Assembly (NCBI GenBank): GCA_050575255.1
Contig: JBNZDD010013646.1
Location: 3,635,744-3,699,743, forward strand
DNA: 64,000 nucleotides
Direction: 5' to 3'
DNA from: Harriotta raleighana
Taxonomy: Eukaryota
Both the position numbers and the translations under genes were made by a program. Under the pieces are notes generated by a model. The model saw only the letters and a program-made list of their open reading frames with translations, was not told the DNA's origin and ran no database searches. Shown here piece by piece: positions 11,870 to 24,414 of the stretch; positions within the stretch are counted from its first letter, which is position 1; each line of letters opens with the position of its first letter.

Positions 11870-12420
11870 AAAATAATAATAATTTGGCCAATTAATCCAT
11901 GACTGTTCTGTGGGTCACTGCTGTGCAAATTAGCTGCCATATTTCTCCCAAAAAATAAAATAACAACAACAACTTTANATCCATGACTGTTCTGTGGGTC
12001 ACTGCTGTGCAAATTAGCTGCCATATTTGTCCCCAAAAATAAAATAACAACAACAACTTTGATTTATATAGCACCCTCCATGCCAGATGGTGTCTCAGAA
12101 TATAGTCAATTCACTTCACAGTACATTCTGTGAAGTGCTTTAAGACATTTAGAAGGCATGATAAGGCGCAAAATCAAATGCAAGGATTATTGTTATTATA
12201 TATTGGGTTGTTGCTGTGCGCAATTGGCTGCCGCTTTTCACCCATAAATATATAATCAATTCACTTTACAGTATATTCTGTGAAGAGCTTTGAGACATCG
12301 ATAAGATGTAAAAAGCGCTATATCAAATGCAAGGATTATTATTATATAGTACATTCTGTGATGCGCTTTGAGACGTCTCAAAGCTGTGACTATTAATATT
12401 ATTAAGATTAGTATTATCAT
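11870..12420. mobile_element. Cluster of stacked SINE/L2 3' tails
   Basis: Three + strand tail units (GTGAAG.GCTTT.AGAC...) in tandem, two ending AAATGCAAGGATTATT, plus a + strand Deu fragment duplicated across N11978 and a - strand L2 tail. Confidence 0.8.
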
Positions 12421-12424
12421 GATT

Positions 12425-12560
12425 GTTGGAGGGGCCATCCTTCAGATGAGATGTTAAAACTAAGGTCACGTCTACCTGTTCAAATAAACATTAAAAATAT
12501 CCCACAGCACTATTTGAATAGAGAAAAGAATTTCTCTTCATGTTCTGCTATCTCCAAATC
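12425..12560 (+). mobile_element. Older DeuSINE (SacSINE1-like) fragment
   Basis: GTTGGAGGGGCCATCCTTCAGATGAGATGTTAAAAC...ATCCCACAGCACTATTTGAA, the 5' Deu-domain signature. Confidence 0.75.
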
Positions 12561-13214
12561 CTTGAGTTCTGTACTATTTGTTTTGTCATTTGCTTTCTCC
12601 TCTGGCCAAGTTAGTCGATGAGTAGACCTGTTGATGCTGCTTTGGTTTGTTCAGACATTCAAGTCAGCCTGCTGAGCAGCAATCCCTTTGGGGGATACTC
12701 GGCCATTCCTAAATCTCTTAAACAGCGTTCTAAACAATTGTGTCTCTCAAAGGCCATTTATATAGCAGAGTTTGCATCTGTTCAACATAATTTTCACAGA
12801 ACACTGCTGCATATACTGTAGTACAAACTGCAATTTTAGATACGTAATTCAGATTAAGACAAGTGGAGAGAAAGTAGTTCCAGGAGATTGTCTCACACTG
12901 GCTTTGATTCAATATTATGAATTCAGCCAGCAAAAGCTCTAAACTTACAATTCCAATTTTCAAAAAAGTTTGAAGATGATGCCCTGGATAGCCATTATGC
13001 TTGTGATGTTGATGAAAGGCCCAAACATTTCCAGTACTCAAAACTAAACTCACGTTCATACCAGTTACAACACCAATGCATGTGTATGTGCATGACATTC
13101 ACCCGAGCGTCATTTAAGAATAACATAATGCAAAAGCAACAACGGAACTCCATACTTCTAATTTGCTCTGTTTCACTGCCATTACAGGTTTGATAAAACT
13201 CAGGTATTACAAGT

Positions 13215-13405
13215 TGGACACCATAAACTGCACCCGTTACCCTTCTCTCCCCTTGTTCAAAAATCCATTAAAATACGGTCCTTTTGGGCATCATTTCCCT
13301 CCCCACTTACTTTGTCTCCCATCCCCAGTTTGGGTCCTAGCAACAACAGTGCCAAACTCTTTGATACATCCTTCCAACATCAGAGGTGCTGTATAAATTG
13401 AAATG
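13215..13405 (+). mobile_element. L2 3' end fragment
   Basis: PSLPLFKNPLK-like C-terminus and tail GAGGTGCTGTATAAATTGAA. Confidence 0.6.
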
Positions 13406-14621
13406 GTATCACAATAATATTCCACGTGGGGTAAGTAGTTATTTTCTGTTCGGAATTTCTTGTGAGTTTAAGCATAACTCATGCAGTTTTGAAGTAGATG
13501 ACAATATCACTGAAGATGTCAAATTAACATATACTTTAAAAAATGCATTCAAGTTATTTGTCAACATAAAGTAACAAATTTGGAAAACAATAGCCACAGA
13601 TACAAGGCAAGGAATACTTCGAACAGAATGATAACCTATCTGTCACTCTAAAGTATTGTCCAGGTGGAGTAATTACTCCGGAGCTCACTAATATGCCTTG
13701 CTGGGCCAGCATGTTAATTGATAGTTTAATATTTACCATTCTTCTGTTCCTTAGGTATCTTTCACATTATCTCAAAAACTTTGATGCTAGAAATGAATGA
13801 CGGAGCTTGCAAACACTGAAAAAGATAAAGGTACAAAGGGGGAATACAAAGCAGAAAATCTACATGGGGCAAGAGTTATGATTTCAGTGAACTCAACAAA
13901 AAGGAAAAAAACAAAAGAAATAAGAGCTAAAGGCTTAAAGATGACAGCACAGAAAATAAAATAGCAAAATAGATTAAAGGAGAAAGCCAAGGGAAAAAGC
14001 AATGAATAAATAAAGGATATTTATGCTGTTTCACATTTTATTAACATCCTTTGGTTTTATAAAGCAGGCCTTCTTTTTCTCCTGTTTCCGCATTCTGTTT
14101 TCTCTGTGTAATTTTCCATCCTTTCTTTTATAAAAAAATGTTTTATCTTAAGGCTTTTTTTGTGCCATCAACTTATCCCATTTCTAAGTTAAAAGCTAAA
14201 CTTGTGAAATTAAAAAATTACATTACCATTTAAAGTGTTTTAATAACCTATAAAATATAGAGCTACATGACTTTCCAAAACTGACGTGATGCTTGGAAAC
14301 AATGGTCGAATAGCTCAGACTCATGGCATTTCAGTTTGCTTCTAATTGTTAAGTTAGTTTTCTGTAAGTTTATTGTTATAACTACAGAAAACAGGTTTCA
14401 GAATTAAAACTGAATGCAATAATTAGTCAAATTTTGAATGCTCTGAAATGCTAAATTAACCGAGTAAATCAAGATCCAGGTAAAATTTTAACTTACAAAT
14501 ATATGATGAAGTTTTTCATGTATCATTGGAATGAAATATTTCAGATTTCACTTGCAAAGATCGTTAAAACCTTGAATCGGGTTGAAGAGAGGAATTTTTT
14601 TAATAGATTCTTAGCCAGATT

Positions 14622-15070
14622 CAGTAAAACCTTGTTTATCCATGACTCGATGAACCGGAAAACCTGTTCAACCGCCATCTCAAAAAAAAAGTCCTGATTT
14701 CATGAACCGGAAATTACCCAGCAAATAGTGATGACGCGTTTAATGAATTGACTGTCGCACGCAAGTACTGGTGCAGGTACTCACGACTGGCCTCTAGTCG
14801 GGTCTAAACTCTCTCCTGTTCCTTTTAAAAGTTGAATTTTTTTTTACCTCGGGCGGGTGAGGAATGCCGTTGCAAAGTTAAGTATAAATAATAAAGTACT
14901 AATACAATATTCTGTTATTATTTAGTCTATTATTAATATGGTATGTGTTAAAATAATTTTTCATTTTCATTTTTTTTTAAAGTTATTTTTTTTTAAATCC
15001 ATTCAACCGGAAAACTGTTTAACCGCCACTGGCCAGGTCCCGTGGGTGCCGGATAAACAGGGTTTTACTG
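14622..15070 (+). mobile_element. Tigger/pogo-type MITE, family A (449 bp)
   Basis: TIRs CAGTAAAACCTTGTTTATCC and GGATAAACAGGGTTTTACTG; TA on the right flank; non-coding; 7 related copies. Confidence 0.9.
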
Positions 15071-15119
15071 TACTGACTTAAAAATAATTTTAGAAATGAA
15101 AAAAAAGCTAAAATAATCT

Positions 15120-15305
15120 ATTCTAGCAATTAGGAATCATAAAGAGATTCCCTTGATGTATTAAAATCACAGCTGGCAGCAAATGGAGGAACTGGAGCCA
15201 TTTGAAAAAGCAACTTGATACTGTGAGGGAAAAAGGTAGGCTTGATTTTCTAGGAGGATAAGATGAAATGGGCCAAAAGTGCTTTTTCATCTAAACCAAT
15301 CACGT
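15120..15305 (+). mobile_element. CR1 3' end, decayed
   Basis: TTTGAAAAAGCAACTTGATACTG (FEKQLD) and UTR GATGAAATGGGCCAAAAG, similar to 3070-3170. Confidence 0.55.
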
Positions 15306-15879
15306 GAAAGGATTATTCTTATTATTATAAAATTTGATTCACAAGATAATTATATTTTTTACATTTAATACAGTGCCTTTCATGCCAGGGCATATTTCAA
15401 GCTTTTCACAGAATTTACTATAAAGTCTAGTGACTATGTGTTTTAGATGTGAACATGAAGATTTGAGCAGTCAGGCTGGATGAAGCTTTCTCTTGTAGAG
15501 AGTGTTGGTTCATCAACCTATCATTAAGCATTCTCTGCTCTTCTGATAATCTACTTTACTAATTCAAAAGGCATAAAAATAGAAACGTCTAAATTTGTTA
15601 GTACCTCGTTTGTTCTCCATTTTTAAATTATTTGTCTAAATTCACTTTGCAGCGGCTTTTCTCTCCTTTTGTTCTTCTTTCATATTATCCTACTGACCTA
15701 TTTTCCTTTTCTAAAAACATGAATTTCACTTTATTAAATCTAACCTGAAATCACCCAATCTTTTGAATAAATTTATATAGTTACGTAAATTTATACGACT
15801 GTGAAACAGGACATTAGCCCCACTCTGTGTTTGCGTTTATACTGCACACAAAACCTCTACATCTACTATCCTCCTCACC

Positions 15880-16191
15880 TATAATAATAATCATCCTTGA
15901 ATTTGATATAGCACTTTTCATGTCTTCTAGACCTCTCAAAGCACTTCACAAAAAATACTGGAAAGTAAATTGACTGTATATTTGTGGATGAAACGCGGCA
16001 GCCAATTGCACACAATGGTATCCCACAAACAGTCGTGGATTGAGTGACTAAATTATTATTTTTTTTGTTTTGAGGGATTATTGTCAGGCATGCAGTATAA
16101 GGAAACTTGCCTAAGGTTTCACCCTGCCAGGAATCAAATCCAGGTCTCGCTTGCAAGGTGAGTGCTCCAACTGCTGAGCTACAAAACTCCC
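15880..16191 (-). mobile_element. tRNA-derived SINE, full length
   Basis: Minus strand reads GGGAGTTTTGTAGCTCAGCAGTTGGAGC (box A), GGATTTGATTCC (box B), a Deu motif and a (TTA)n tail; adjacent to a CR1 tail. Confidence 0.92.
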
Positions 16192-16859
16192 ATGTATTTT
16201 TTTATTTTTCACTGGTATATGTCCTCATCTCTCATATACATTAATAATTCAAAACCAACATGTAATAATTCATTTTGTTTTTCTTATTAAAAAAATGACG
16301 ATCTGCTAATAACTCTCATTCTTTTTCTTCCTCCTTCTGAATTTCACCCTTCAGTTTTGTTCTGGGCACACATTTCGAAAAAAAATTGTGATTTATGCAC
16401 TGAAAATTGGTTTTGAAAGCTTTTTTATTTCAACCATTTGAAACCTAGGACGTTGAAGAGCGGAGTGTCTGAAGCATAGATGCAAACAGGTCTATCTTAG
16501 TTGAATTTTACACGTTTAAATGGAGAAAAGACTCCTAAATGAATGCACTCGTTGGCAGCCTCTTCAGTCAAGCAGCATGCGGACAAGCTAACATTTCTAT
16601 GGCACTGGAAGTGTCAATAATTGATTTGTTATGCTGTACACCGCAAGTGTGGATAGCCAAGCTATGAGGGGTATTTCTGTTATTTTAATTTTCTCCTTTG
16701 CACAATTTATTGAGGTTTGAGAACTGTGACAGACTTGGGCAGTCCCTCTGTCTCTGCCACCTCCGCCGTAAAACATTGTAAAAAATATTACATGCGCAAA
16801 AAACAAATATCTGAGTCTGTAGCACAGCAGTAATCTCATTGAGAACTGTGAGAGCAAAG

Positions 16860-17140
16860 TTTGATTGATTTATAATGTCATCCAACCCCTGAGATGAGAT
16901 TACAGTCTTGAAATTGCTTCCATCTGTGCATTATTTTTATAATATAACCTGTGGAATTAATGACTGTGGTTTCATTCCATATTGACTCACTTTTTCCTGC
17001 TGGTGCTGCAGCCACAGTCAGCGCACTTTGTAAAATTGACATCTGACGACATACATGTTTAATGATTGTGGCATTTTAACAGGCAGTTTAACAAATGGCA
17101 ATATGTGCGCTTGATTGCTGGGAATAACAGAGCCGATATA
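16860..17140. promoter_or_regulatory. Candidate conserved non-coding element or enhancer
   Basis: Apparently repeat-free. Overlapping Pbx-Hox sites TGATTGATTTAT (16862-16873) next to TGACA on the minus strand, then TAAT motifs, CATTCC and TGACTCA (16983-16989). Motif evidence only. Confidence 0.3.
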
Positions 17141-17595
17141 GATTTTAGATTTCATGCCCGATCATGACACCTCTTAAGAGATGTCAATGCTGGAGATTGG
17201 AGCCCACAATGCAAAACTCTACAGAGCCAACTACAAAGTGAGCTTTCAGCCATTATGCTCTCCCTCTCTGGAACTCTACTCAGAATCCCTCCAACTTGCC
17301 CTCTCTCACTTTCTCTCTCCACTTTGAAAACACATCTCAATACTATATTTTACCACATTCTCAAAAGAACATTTTCCTTCTCTATTAATGCGACTTATTT
17401 CATTTCCCCAAATTTGATTTGGTCAACCATTTGACTGACACATGCAAACAAAACACCACCTAACTTAAGAGTATTCTAATCAAACAGAGTTCCATGCATC
17501 TTGTCTAAAAATGGAAATTTACAAGTTTGTAATGGGGGAGCATTCTCTCTCCAGATTACTTTGTTATTGTGAATTGGATCTAAAACTACGGTTTA

Positions 17596-18471
17596 ATAAT
17601 AATAATCCTTGCATTTGATTTAGCGCATTTCACGTCTTCTAGACATTTCAAAGTGCTTCATAGAATATACTGTAAATAATAATAATCCATGCAATTGATA
17701 GAGCACTTTTCGTGTCTTCTAGACGTCTCAAAGCGCTTCACAGAATTTACTGTAAAGTGAATTGACTGTACAGTAAAACCTCGTTTATCCATGACTCGAT
17801 GAACCGGAAAACCCGTTCAACCGCTACCTCAAAAAAAAGTCCCGATTCAATGAACCGGAAGTTATCCAGCAGAATAGTAAAGACACATTTAATGAATGGT
17901 TTCCCGCATGCTAGTACTGCTGCAGTTATATTGGCGGCCGCTATTTGAGCCTAAAGTCGCACTACTGACTTTTTTTCAAAACCTGCGATATTACCGTTTG
18001 TTAAAAAAATGCAGTTTCCCCGATTTTTTTTTCCTCCTTTAGCAGCCATTGTAGGTTAAGTATAAATTAAAACATACTAATACAATAANTAGCAGCCATT
18101 GTAGGTTAAGTATAAATTAAAACGTACTAATACAATAATCTGTTAGTATAGTATCTGTTATTAGTGTAATTAGTCTATTATTTATATAGTATTGTTCAAC
18201 ATTTACGTGTGTGTGTGTACTCTCACTCTCTCTCTGGAAGTCCAGCCTATTCAATCAATTCAATCAATTATACATTTAACCAGAAAACCGTTTAACCGCC
18301 AGCTAATCCCACAAACAGGCGCGGATTAAAAATGACCATTGTTTTTTGGAGGGATTATTATTAGGTGTGTGGAGTAAGGAAACTTGCCCCAAGGTTTCAC
18401 TTTGCCTGGATTTGAACTCAGGTCTCTCACTTGTAAGGGGAGTGCTCTAACGACTGAGCTATAGGACTCCA
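17596..18471 (-). mobile_element. tRNA-derived SINE with doubled tail, interrupted by a MITE
   Basis: Two tandem tails at 17596-17770; head (GGAGTCCTATAGCTCAGTCGTTAGAGC on -) and body at 18305-18471. Confidence 0.88.
17771..18300 (+). mobile_element. Family A MITE, right TIR deleted
   Basis: TA|CAGTAAAACCTCGTTTATCC left TIR; ends at TTTAACCGCC, about 40 bp short of the right end seen in other copies. Confidence 0.88.
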
Positions 18472-20539
18472 CAGCAAGGAGTGAAAGAACAGTTCAACAA
18501 CCAACTACTGCATCCAGTGCAGTGCACCCTCAAATATCCGCATTTATTGCAGCCACAATGCTATTTTTACTTAGTTTCCAATGATAAAGTATAGGATTAA
18601 AATTNCAATGCTATTTTTACTTAGTTTCCGATTATAAAGTATAGGATTAAAATTAATGGTATTTGAATAACTAATCATCTTAATTAATGTTAGATTATTT
18701 GATCATTTTGTTTGACTCCCACTTTGTGGTCTCATTCTTTTTTTAGATCCACCATTATNTAATGGTATTTGAATAACTAATCATCTTAATTAATGTTAGA
18801 TTATTTGATAATTTTGTTTCACTCCCACTTTGTGGTCTCATTCTTTTTTTAGATCCACCATTATTTTTATTTTGAAGTTAGCATGAAGTGAGCAATTGTG
18901 TATTGTAGGCCCTGGGGCAGGTTTTTTTAGCTTAATATTTTCTAGGAGAGACAATATCTATGCTCTTACAGCCAAATCCTAACTTTTCACCAATTAGAAC
19001 CAAAGTTAAGTTTTGACTGGGGAGTATAAGGATTGACATTAATCAATAGCACATTCACTCCACAGATCAGCAAATCCTTGTCAAATCAACCCCTGCCAAC
19101 ATTTTCTAAACATTACTTACAAATATGATTCAAATGCTGTATCTGAAAAAAAAGAGAGACTGGAGGGTACACTGCCATCTAGCAGCCTTTAATTAATGCC
19201 GATGATATTTATCGAACGCATCAAAGTTTATTCAATACTTTCAATTGCTTTTCAGCTTTAAAATGATCATTAAAGTTGTTTGTGTGGTTCAATGCTTTGA
19301 ATGGAATTTCAAATTTTTAAGTCTGCCATTCGGTTTTCGAACTTTTTTGAACAATTTCAATGTGATAGTTTCAGTGGATGAATAGGAACTCCAACTGATA
19401 ATGATTTAAATGCGATGAATTAAATAGAGTATTTCAGTACATTGTTAGATCTGCCAATCTGTGGAGTTAATGTGCTATTGATCAATTTCAATTGCCAAAT
19501 AACTAGGATAAAAAATGGATGTTTCGTAACAGATTTGAAGTTATGTACTGTATACTTGTCACAATGGACTGTTATGAAAAGTTTTTTATTTCACTCATTG
19601 TTACAAAAATCACAAAATTTAAACACATTTGATTGAATTGAGCATTTTATACCTTGTTAACTTTGCTTCTCTTTTGAGTGTCTGTTGCTTCACTATTGAT
19701 CAGCAGCCCAAGATTCAATTTACTAACTCGTTGTAATGAATACAAGCTCTTTGTTCACTGTTACTAAGCTGTTCTACAGCATTCCTGGGTTCACATTCAC
19801 TTTCCATGATAGAACATTTCCCTCAATGCAATACTATTTGTCCTTTGCTCCTTGGTTTGAAAACTTGTTACATGAGCTGTATATGCTACATTTTGATAAT
19901 TTGATTCACTCAACCTCTAAATTTTACAAAAATCTAAATAGCTTTAAATCCCTACCCGCAATGAACATGCTCTATCTCCACTTGAGTTTGCACTTAATAA
20001 TTAGCCCTTAGAAAAAACACTTCAGATGTTGGCATTTATTTGTAAATTTAATATAATTTTCAACACAGTGGTTGAGTCACAGAATTACATACAGTATTAC
20101 AAGTGGCTCCAAGAAAAGCAATGGTTTTGCCTCGCCCTTATTTCCAAAGTCAATTCTCTATTTATTTATACAGGTTATAATCATGCAACACTCACACACA
20201 GTTCCTCTTACTTTACAAGATAATTTTGGAAGAGTTATTCCTATTATTATAATAAACTTCCAGTCTTTTTGAGCAAACATATATAGTAATTCAGTTTCCA
20301 ACACCATAAATTGAATAAGAGAACAAATGCCATTTTGGTTCATCATTTCTGTGCTGGAGGTTTTCATAACAATCCATTGTGACAGTGGTCATTTTCAATC
20401 ACAAAAACAATGGTCATTTTCAATCCACGCCCGTCTGTGGGACTTTTCTGTGAGGAATTGTCTGTGGCATTTCGCCCACAAATATACATAACTTCAAATC
20501 TGTTATGAAACATCAATTTTTTATCCTAGGTTTATATGA

Positions 20540-20829
20540 GCTGGTCACGGAGGTCCTCAAAGGGTTGTGAAGGGTCATCAGAATTTTTTGTTGTTGGTAT
20601 TTTTAATGCTGAAAATGCTTTCTTAATGCTGAAAAGTGCCCGAGGAGACACCGCCAACCAATTTGTATGGTATGAAAGACCGTATTAGCGAGTTGCGTTG
20701 AGTCCACAAAAGTGAAGGAGATATCGTCTTGGTTGAGCTTCACTTCAGTCGTGCAGTTGCCCCATAAGGGTAGGAGGACCTCTTGGTGGCCGATTTAGGT
20801 TTGCAGCAAAAACGGGTTGGGAACCACTG
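20540..20829 (+). mobile_element. hAT (Charlie-like) MITE, left end missing
   Basis: Right TIR GGTTGGGAACCACTG; body homologous to 32386-32755 (AGGGTCATCAGAATTTTTT, GTTGCG.TGAGTCC, CTTCAGTCGTG). Confidence 0.85.
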
Positions 20830-21369
20830 GTCTAATCCCACTATCACGCTGATTGCCATTGCCCTTTAATATTCCTTCTTTCAAGTATATTTTTTCTTCA
20901 ATGTTTAAAGAATTTGTAGACTTCTGCTTGCACAACAGAATGTTGTTGTATAAACTTCAATTAATATTAAGGTCTCCTTCTGCTCCTCAAAATAATTCAG
21001 ATTCAATACTTACATTATTGCTAAATTTAGGCTACAAGTTAGATTTATGTCTGGCTTTGCATGGTGGAAAACGATCAACGGAGTGAGTAGCTATTTTGAT
21101 GAGTGGTCATTTAGGTGAGTGGCTGGTTGGATGAGTGGCTAAAGGATTGGAGATGATACATGAGCTTGTCATAATATCCATGGTGTCTTCACACTCAGCA
21201 ATAGATTTCCTCCCATAGATAACCCACTGTCCTCATTTACAATAACTTTCATTTGTACAGTGCTTTCACACACGGAACATCTCAGAGTTCTTTAAAGTAC
21301 AAATACAATCAATGCAATTTACCAGGCATTCTTTAGTAGGATGGGTATTTTTTTAGAGGATGGATGGGA

Positions 21370-22560
21370 AAACCATTGTTACTATGCCCTCCCTCAAAAA
21401 ACCCACCCTTAATCCCTCTAATATCTCACACGACTGTCCCATTTCCAACCTACCCTTCCTTGCTAAAGTTCTGGAATGCATTGTTGCAGGTCAACTTTGG
21501 TAACACCTCCCCCTACTTGAGCCGCTGTAGTCTGGTTTTTGCCCTGCCCATAACCCAGCGAAAGTGCTTGTCTAAGTCAAAAATGACATCCTCTCTATCT
21601 GTGACCAAAGTTTCCTCTGCTTCCTTGTCCTCATGGGTCTCTCTGCCATGTTTGACACAGTCAACCAATCATCCTCCGTCTCCTATACTCCCTCATCCAC
21701 ATTAGTGGGACAGCACTCACATGGATCACATGATACTTTTCACCGGCCTCCCCAAATCCACTATTCAACCAACTGCCTTCATTTCATCTCAGCAAATGGA
21801 TTCTCCTCGTGATTCCGCTTCTTTTTTTCCTATTCTATGTATTCCCTCTGGGTGATGTCATCCACAGACATGGGATAAAACTTCATATGTTTACGGATGA
21901 CACAAAAAATCTACTTTGCCTCCTCCAGTAGCAATTGCAGGTCCGCTGATGTTCTATCAGCTTGTCTGGTGGATATCAGGACCTGGATGAGTGTAAACTT
22001 CCTGCAGCTGAATGTGTACAAAATGGAAACCATGCTCCTTGGCTCCAGTCAACCTCTTCACTCTTGTGGATCTAAACTCCTCAACCTCCCTGAGCTCTAC
22101 CACCACCATTGTGCAATCTGGATTTCTGGTTTGAACCCCAGCTGTCCTTTCTCCCCTAAATCAGGTCCCTGACCAGCACCACCTCCCTCCACCTCTGTCA
22201 CAATACCTGCCTCCAACCAACTGTACCCTACTCCAAATGCAGCAGAAACCCTTGTGAATGCTTTTGTTACGTCTCACTTTGATTACTCAAACATATTTTT
22301 CACCGGCCTCCCCAAATCCACTATTCAAAACATCCAGCTCATTCAAAACTCTGCGGCCCACATTCTTACCTGGACCAAACTCCGTACCCCCATCACATCA
22401 GTTCTGTCCAGGCTCCATTGACTCCCCATCACGGCACCGATCGATTTCAAGATCCTCATACTCGTTTTCAAATTGTTTCACTCCCCAATCCACTACCCAA
22501 TACCTCAGCTTGACTGACATCAGCCTCCTCCTTGCCTCTCGCACCCTCCACTCCACCATT
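21370..22560 (+). mobile_element. L2 LINE RT fragment, degenerate
   Basis: PISNLPFLAKVLE (about 21438), MFTDDT as decayed YADD (about 21887), VLSACLVDIRTWMSVNFLQLNVYKME. Confidence 0.92.
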
Positions 22561-23399
22561 GAAATACTGAAATGTGTATCTTCCTGGGGCATGTGTTTAC
22601 ATTACAGTTGGCTTCGGCTGCAATTTTTGTCATACGGCATACTGAAAAGGATCAAAGACGAAAATCAAAACCGAACCTCAGCCCTAGTTTCCCTAGGATT
22701 GTTGAGGGTTACATTTATAGAAACTGAAAATAGTTGCCTTAAAAGCGATTCGGTTCTGCAGCAAAATGAAAGGTGTTGCCTGGAATCTAGGATGTATAAT
22801 CGCAATGAAGAGATGGTGGCATAAGCTTTCCAACTTCTGCCCCAATCTATTAAATGCACAGCCACAAACAGCCCTGTGTCATTTTAAATAACTATTGACA
22901 TGACCTGCATATCAAGCGGGTATTTCAGGCAGTGCAGCAGCTGTCATCTCTCATAGGGGAAGGATTCATTTTGGATTAAAAGCATATTTTTTGCTGTCCT
23001 TTTTATTCTCTCCCTTCATTTTGTTTTCCTTCTTCCTCAATCTTTTATCTCCCTTCTCTCAGATATTGCTGACAAAAAGCATGCCTGAACTGACTGCATT
23101 TTGTCATAGGAAGGAATGGGAAATATGCATCCCATTACCACAAGAAGCCATGTAAACTAGTGACAGAACGTCATCAAAAAGCATTGTTCGTACTGACATA
23201 ATTAGTCAGTACTACAATGCTTACAAAAAAAATCAAAGACATAATGTCAGTTACATCTTGTAACTATGCACAATCTCTCGTCTTGTCAAAGACGAAAAGC
23301 CATCCAGCTAATCTTTAGATTTTACAAAATACAGATTCACAAAAATAATTGTGATTCACGGATTAACCTCTGATTAATACATAAGAAAATAATTTGGGA

Positions 23400-23510
23400 G
23401 CAGCAGGATTGTGCAGTTTGCTGGTCTGCTTGGTGAGGTTAAATTAGCCCTGGCCTTCCCAGGATAAGGGAAGGGAAACCGGAGTTCCTGCTCCTAGGCT
23501 CTCTACAATA
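23400..23510 (+). mobile_element. AmnSINE2-like fragment
   Basis: AAATTAGCCCTGGCCTTCCCAGGATAAGGGAAGGGAAACCGGAGTTCCTGCTCCT resembles the recalled AmnSINE2 core (AATTGGCCTCAG..CCCCTGGGCTAGGGAGGGGAAA...GTTCCTGCTCCTG). Confidence 0.5.
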
Positions 23511-23979
23511 CTTTCTACATGTGTGTGTGTTTAATCCTTGAATTTGGTAAAGCACCTTCAAGTCTTCGAGATGTCTTACCTGCACCAGGTTCTACGAACC
23601 AATCACCCCCAGCTTCAGCTTCAATACAGCTTCACTGTTCTTGCCCAGCTTCACTACTCCTCGTCCAGCAGAGAATCGAGTACAAAATCATTGGTCTCAC
23701 ATTCAAAGTCCTCCACAGTCTTGCTCTTCAACCTAGTGTCCCACAAACTGCCGTGGATCGAGCGACTGATTATTATTTTTGGAGGGGTTATTATCCCATG
23801 GAAATCTATTTCACATTACCCAGCACCACTAAATAATAATAATAATAATAATCCTTGCATTTGATATAGCGCTTCATCACATTGTTGAGCCCTTCAGACT
23901 CAGTCCTCATAGTGACAACTACATGTATTTATAAATTCAATATTTTTAAGGGATTATTACCCCCTGGAAAAATGATCCA

Positions 23980-24414
23980 TATTGTACAAAGGATATATAG
24001 AATTGCTTGAGGAGATGCAAAGGAGATTCACAAAGATGATCCCAGAACTGAGAGGTTATACCTTGTCTTCAAAATTAGGAAAGGTTTTGATTGGGAAGAT
24101 GTTTCCAGTTGTGGGGAAGATGATAGGAAAGTTAAAAGAAATTGCTGAGAGGAGTGGGAATGTGGAACTCGCCNCCAGAACTGAGAGGTTATACCTTGTC
24201 TTCAAAATTAGGAAAGGTTTTGATAGGGAAGATGTTTCCAGTTGTGGGGAAGATAATAGGAAAGTTAGAAGAAATTTCTTTATGCTGAGAGTAGTGGGAA
24301 TGTGGAACTCGCTACCACAGATAGTTGTTGAGGCAAATAGTATAGATATGTTTAACGGGAAACTAAATAGGTACATGAGGGAGAAAGAAATAGACATTTA
24401 CGCTTCTAGGCTTA
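23980..24414 (+). mobile_element. CR1 3' region, 5' part of a copy split by L2
   Basis: LEEMQRRFTKMIPELRG...RRNFFMLRVVGMWNSLPQIVVEANSIDMFNGKLNRYM; duplicated across N24174. Confidence 0.92.

Noticed and set aside
11870-12420. Repeat-spacer-like pattern suggesting a CRISPR array
   Set aside because: Units are long diverged SINE tails with irregular spacing in eukaryotic DNA; no cas genes.
22258-22824. 188-aa ORF
   Set aside because: Off-frame L2 sequence reading through into unique DNA; no recognisable domain.
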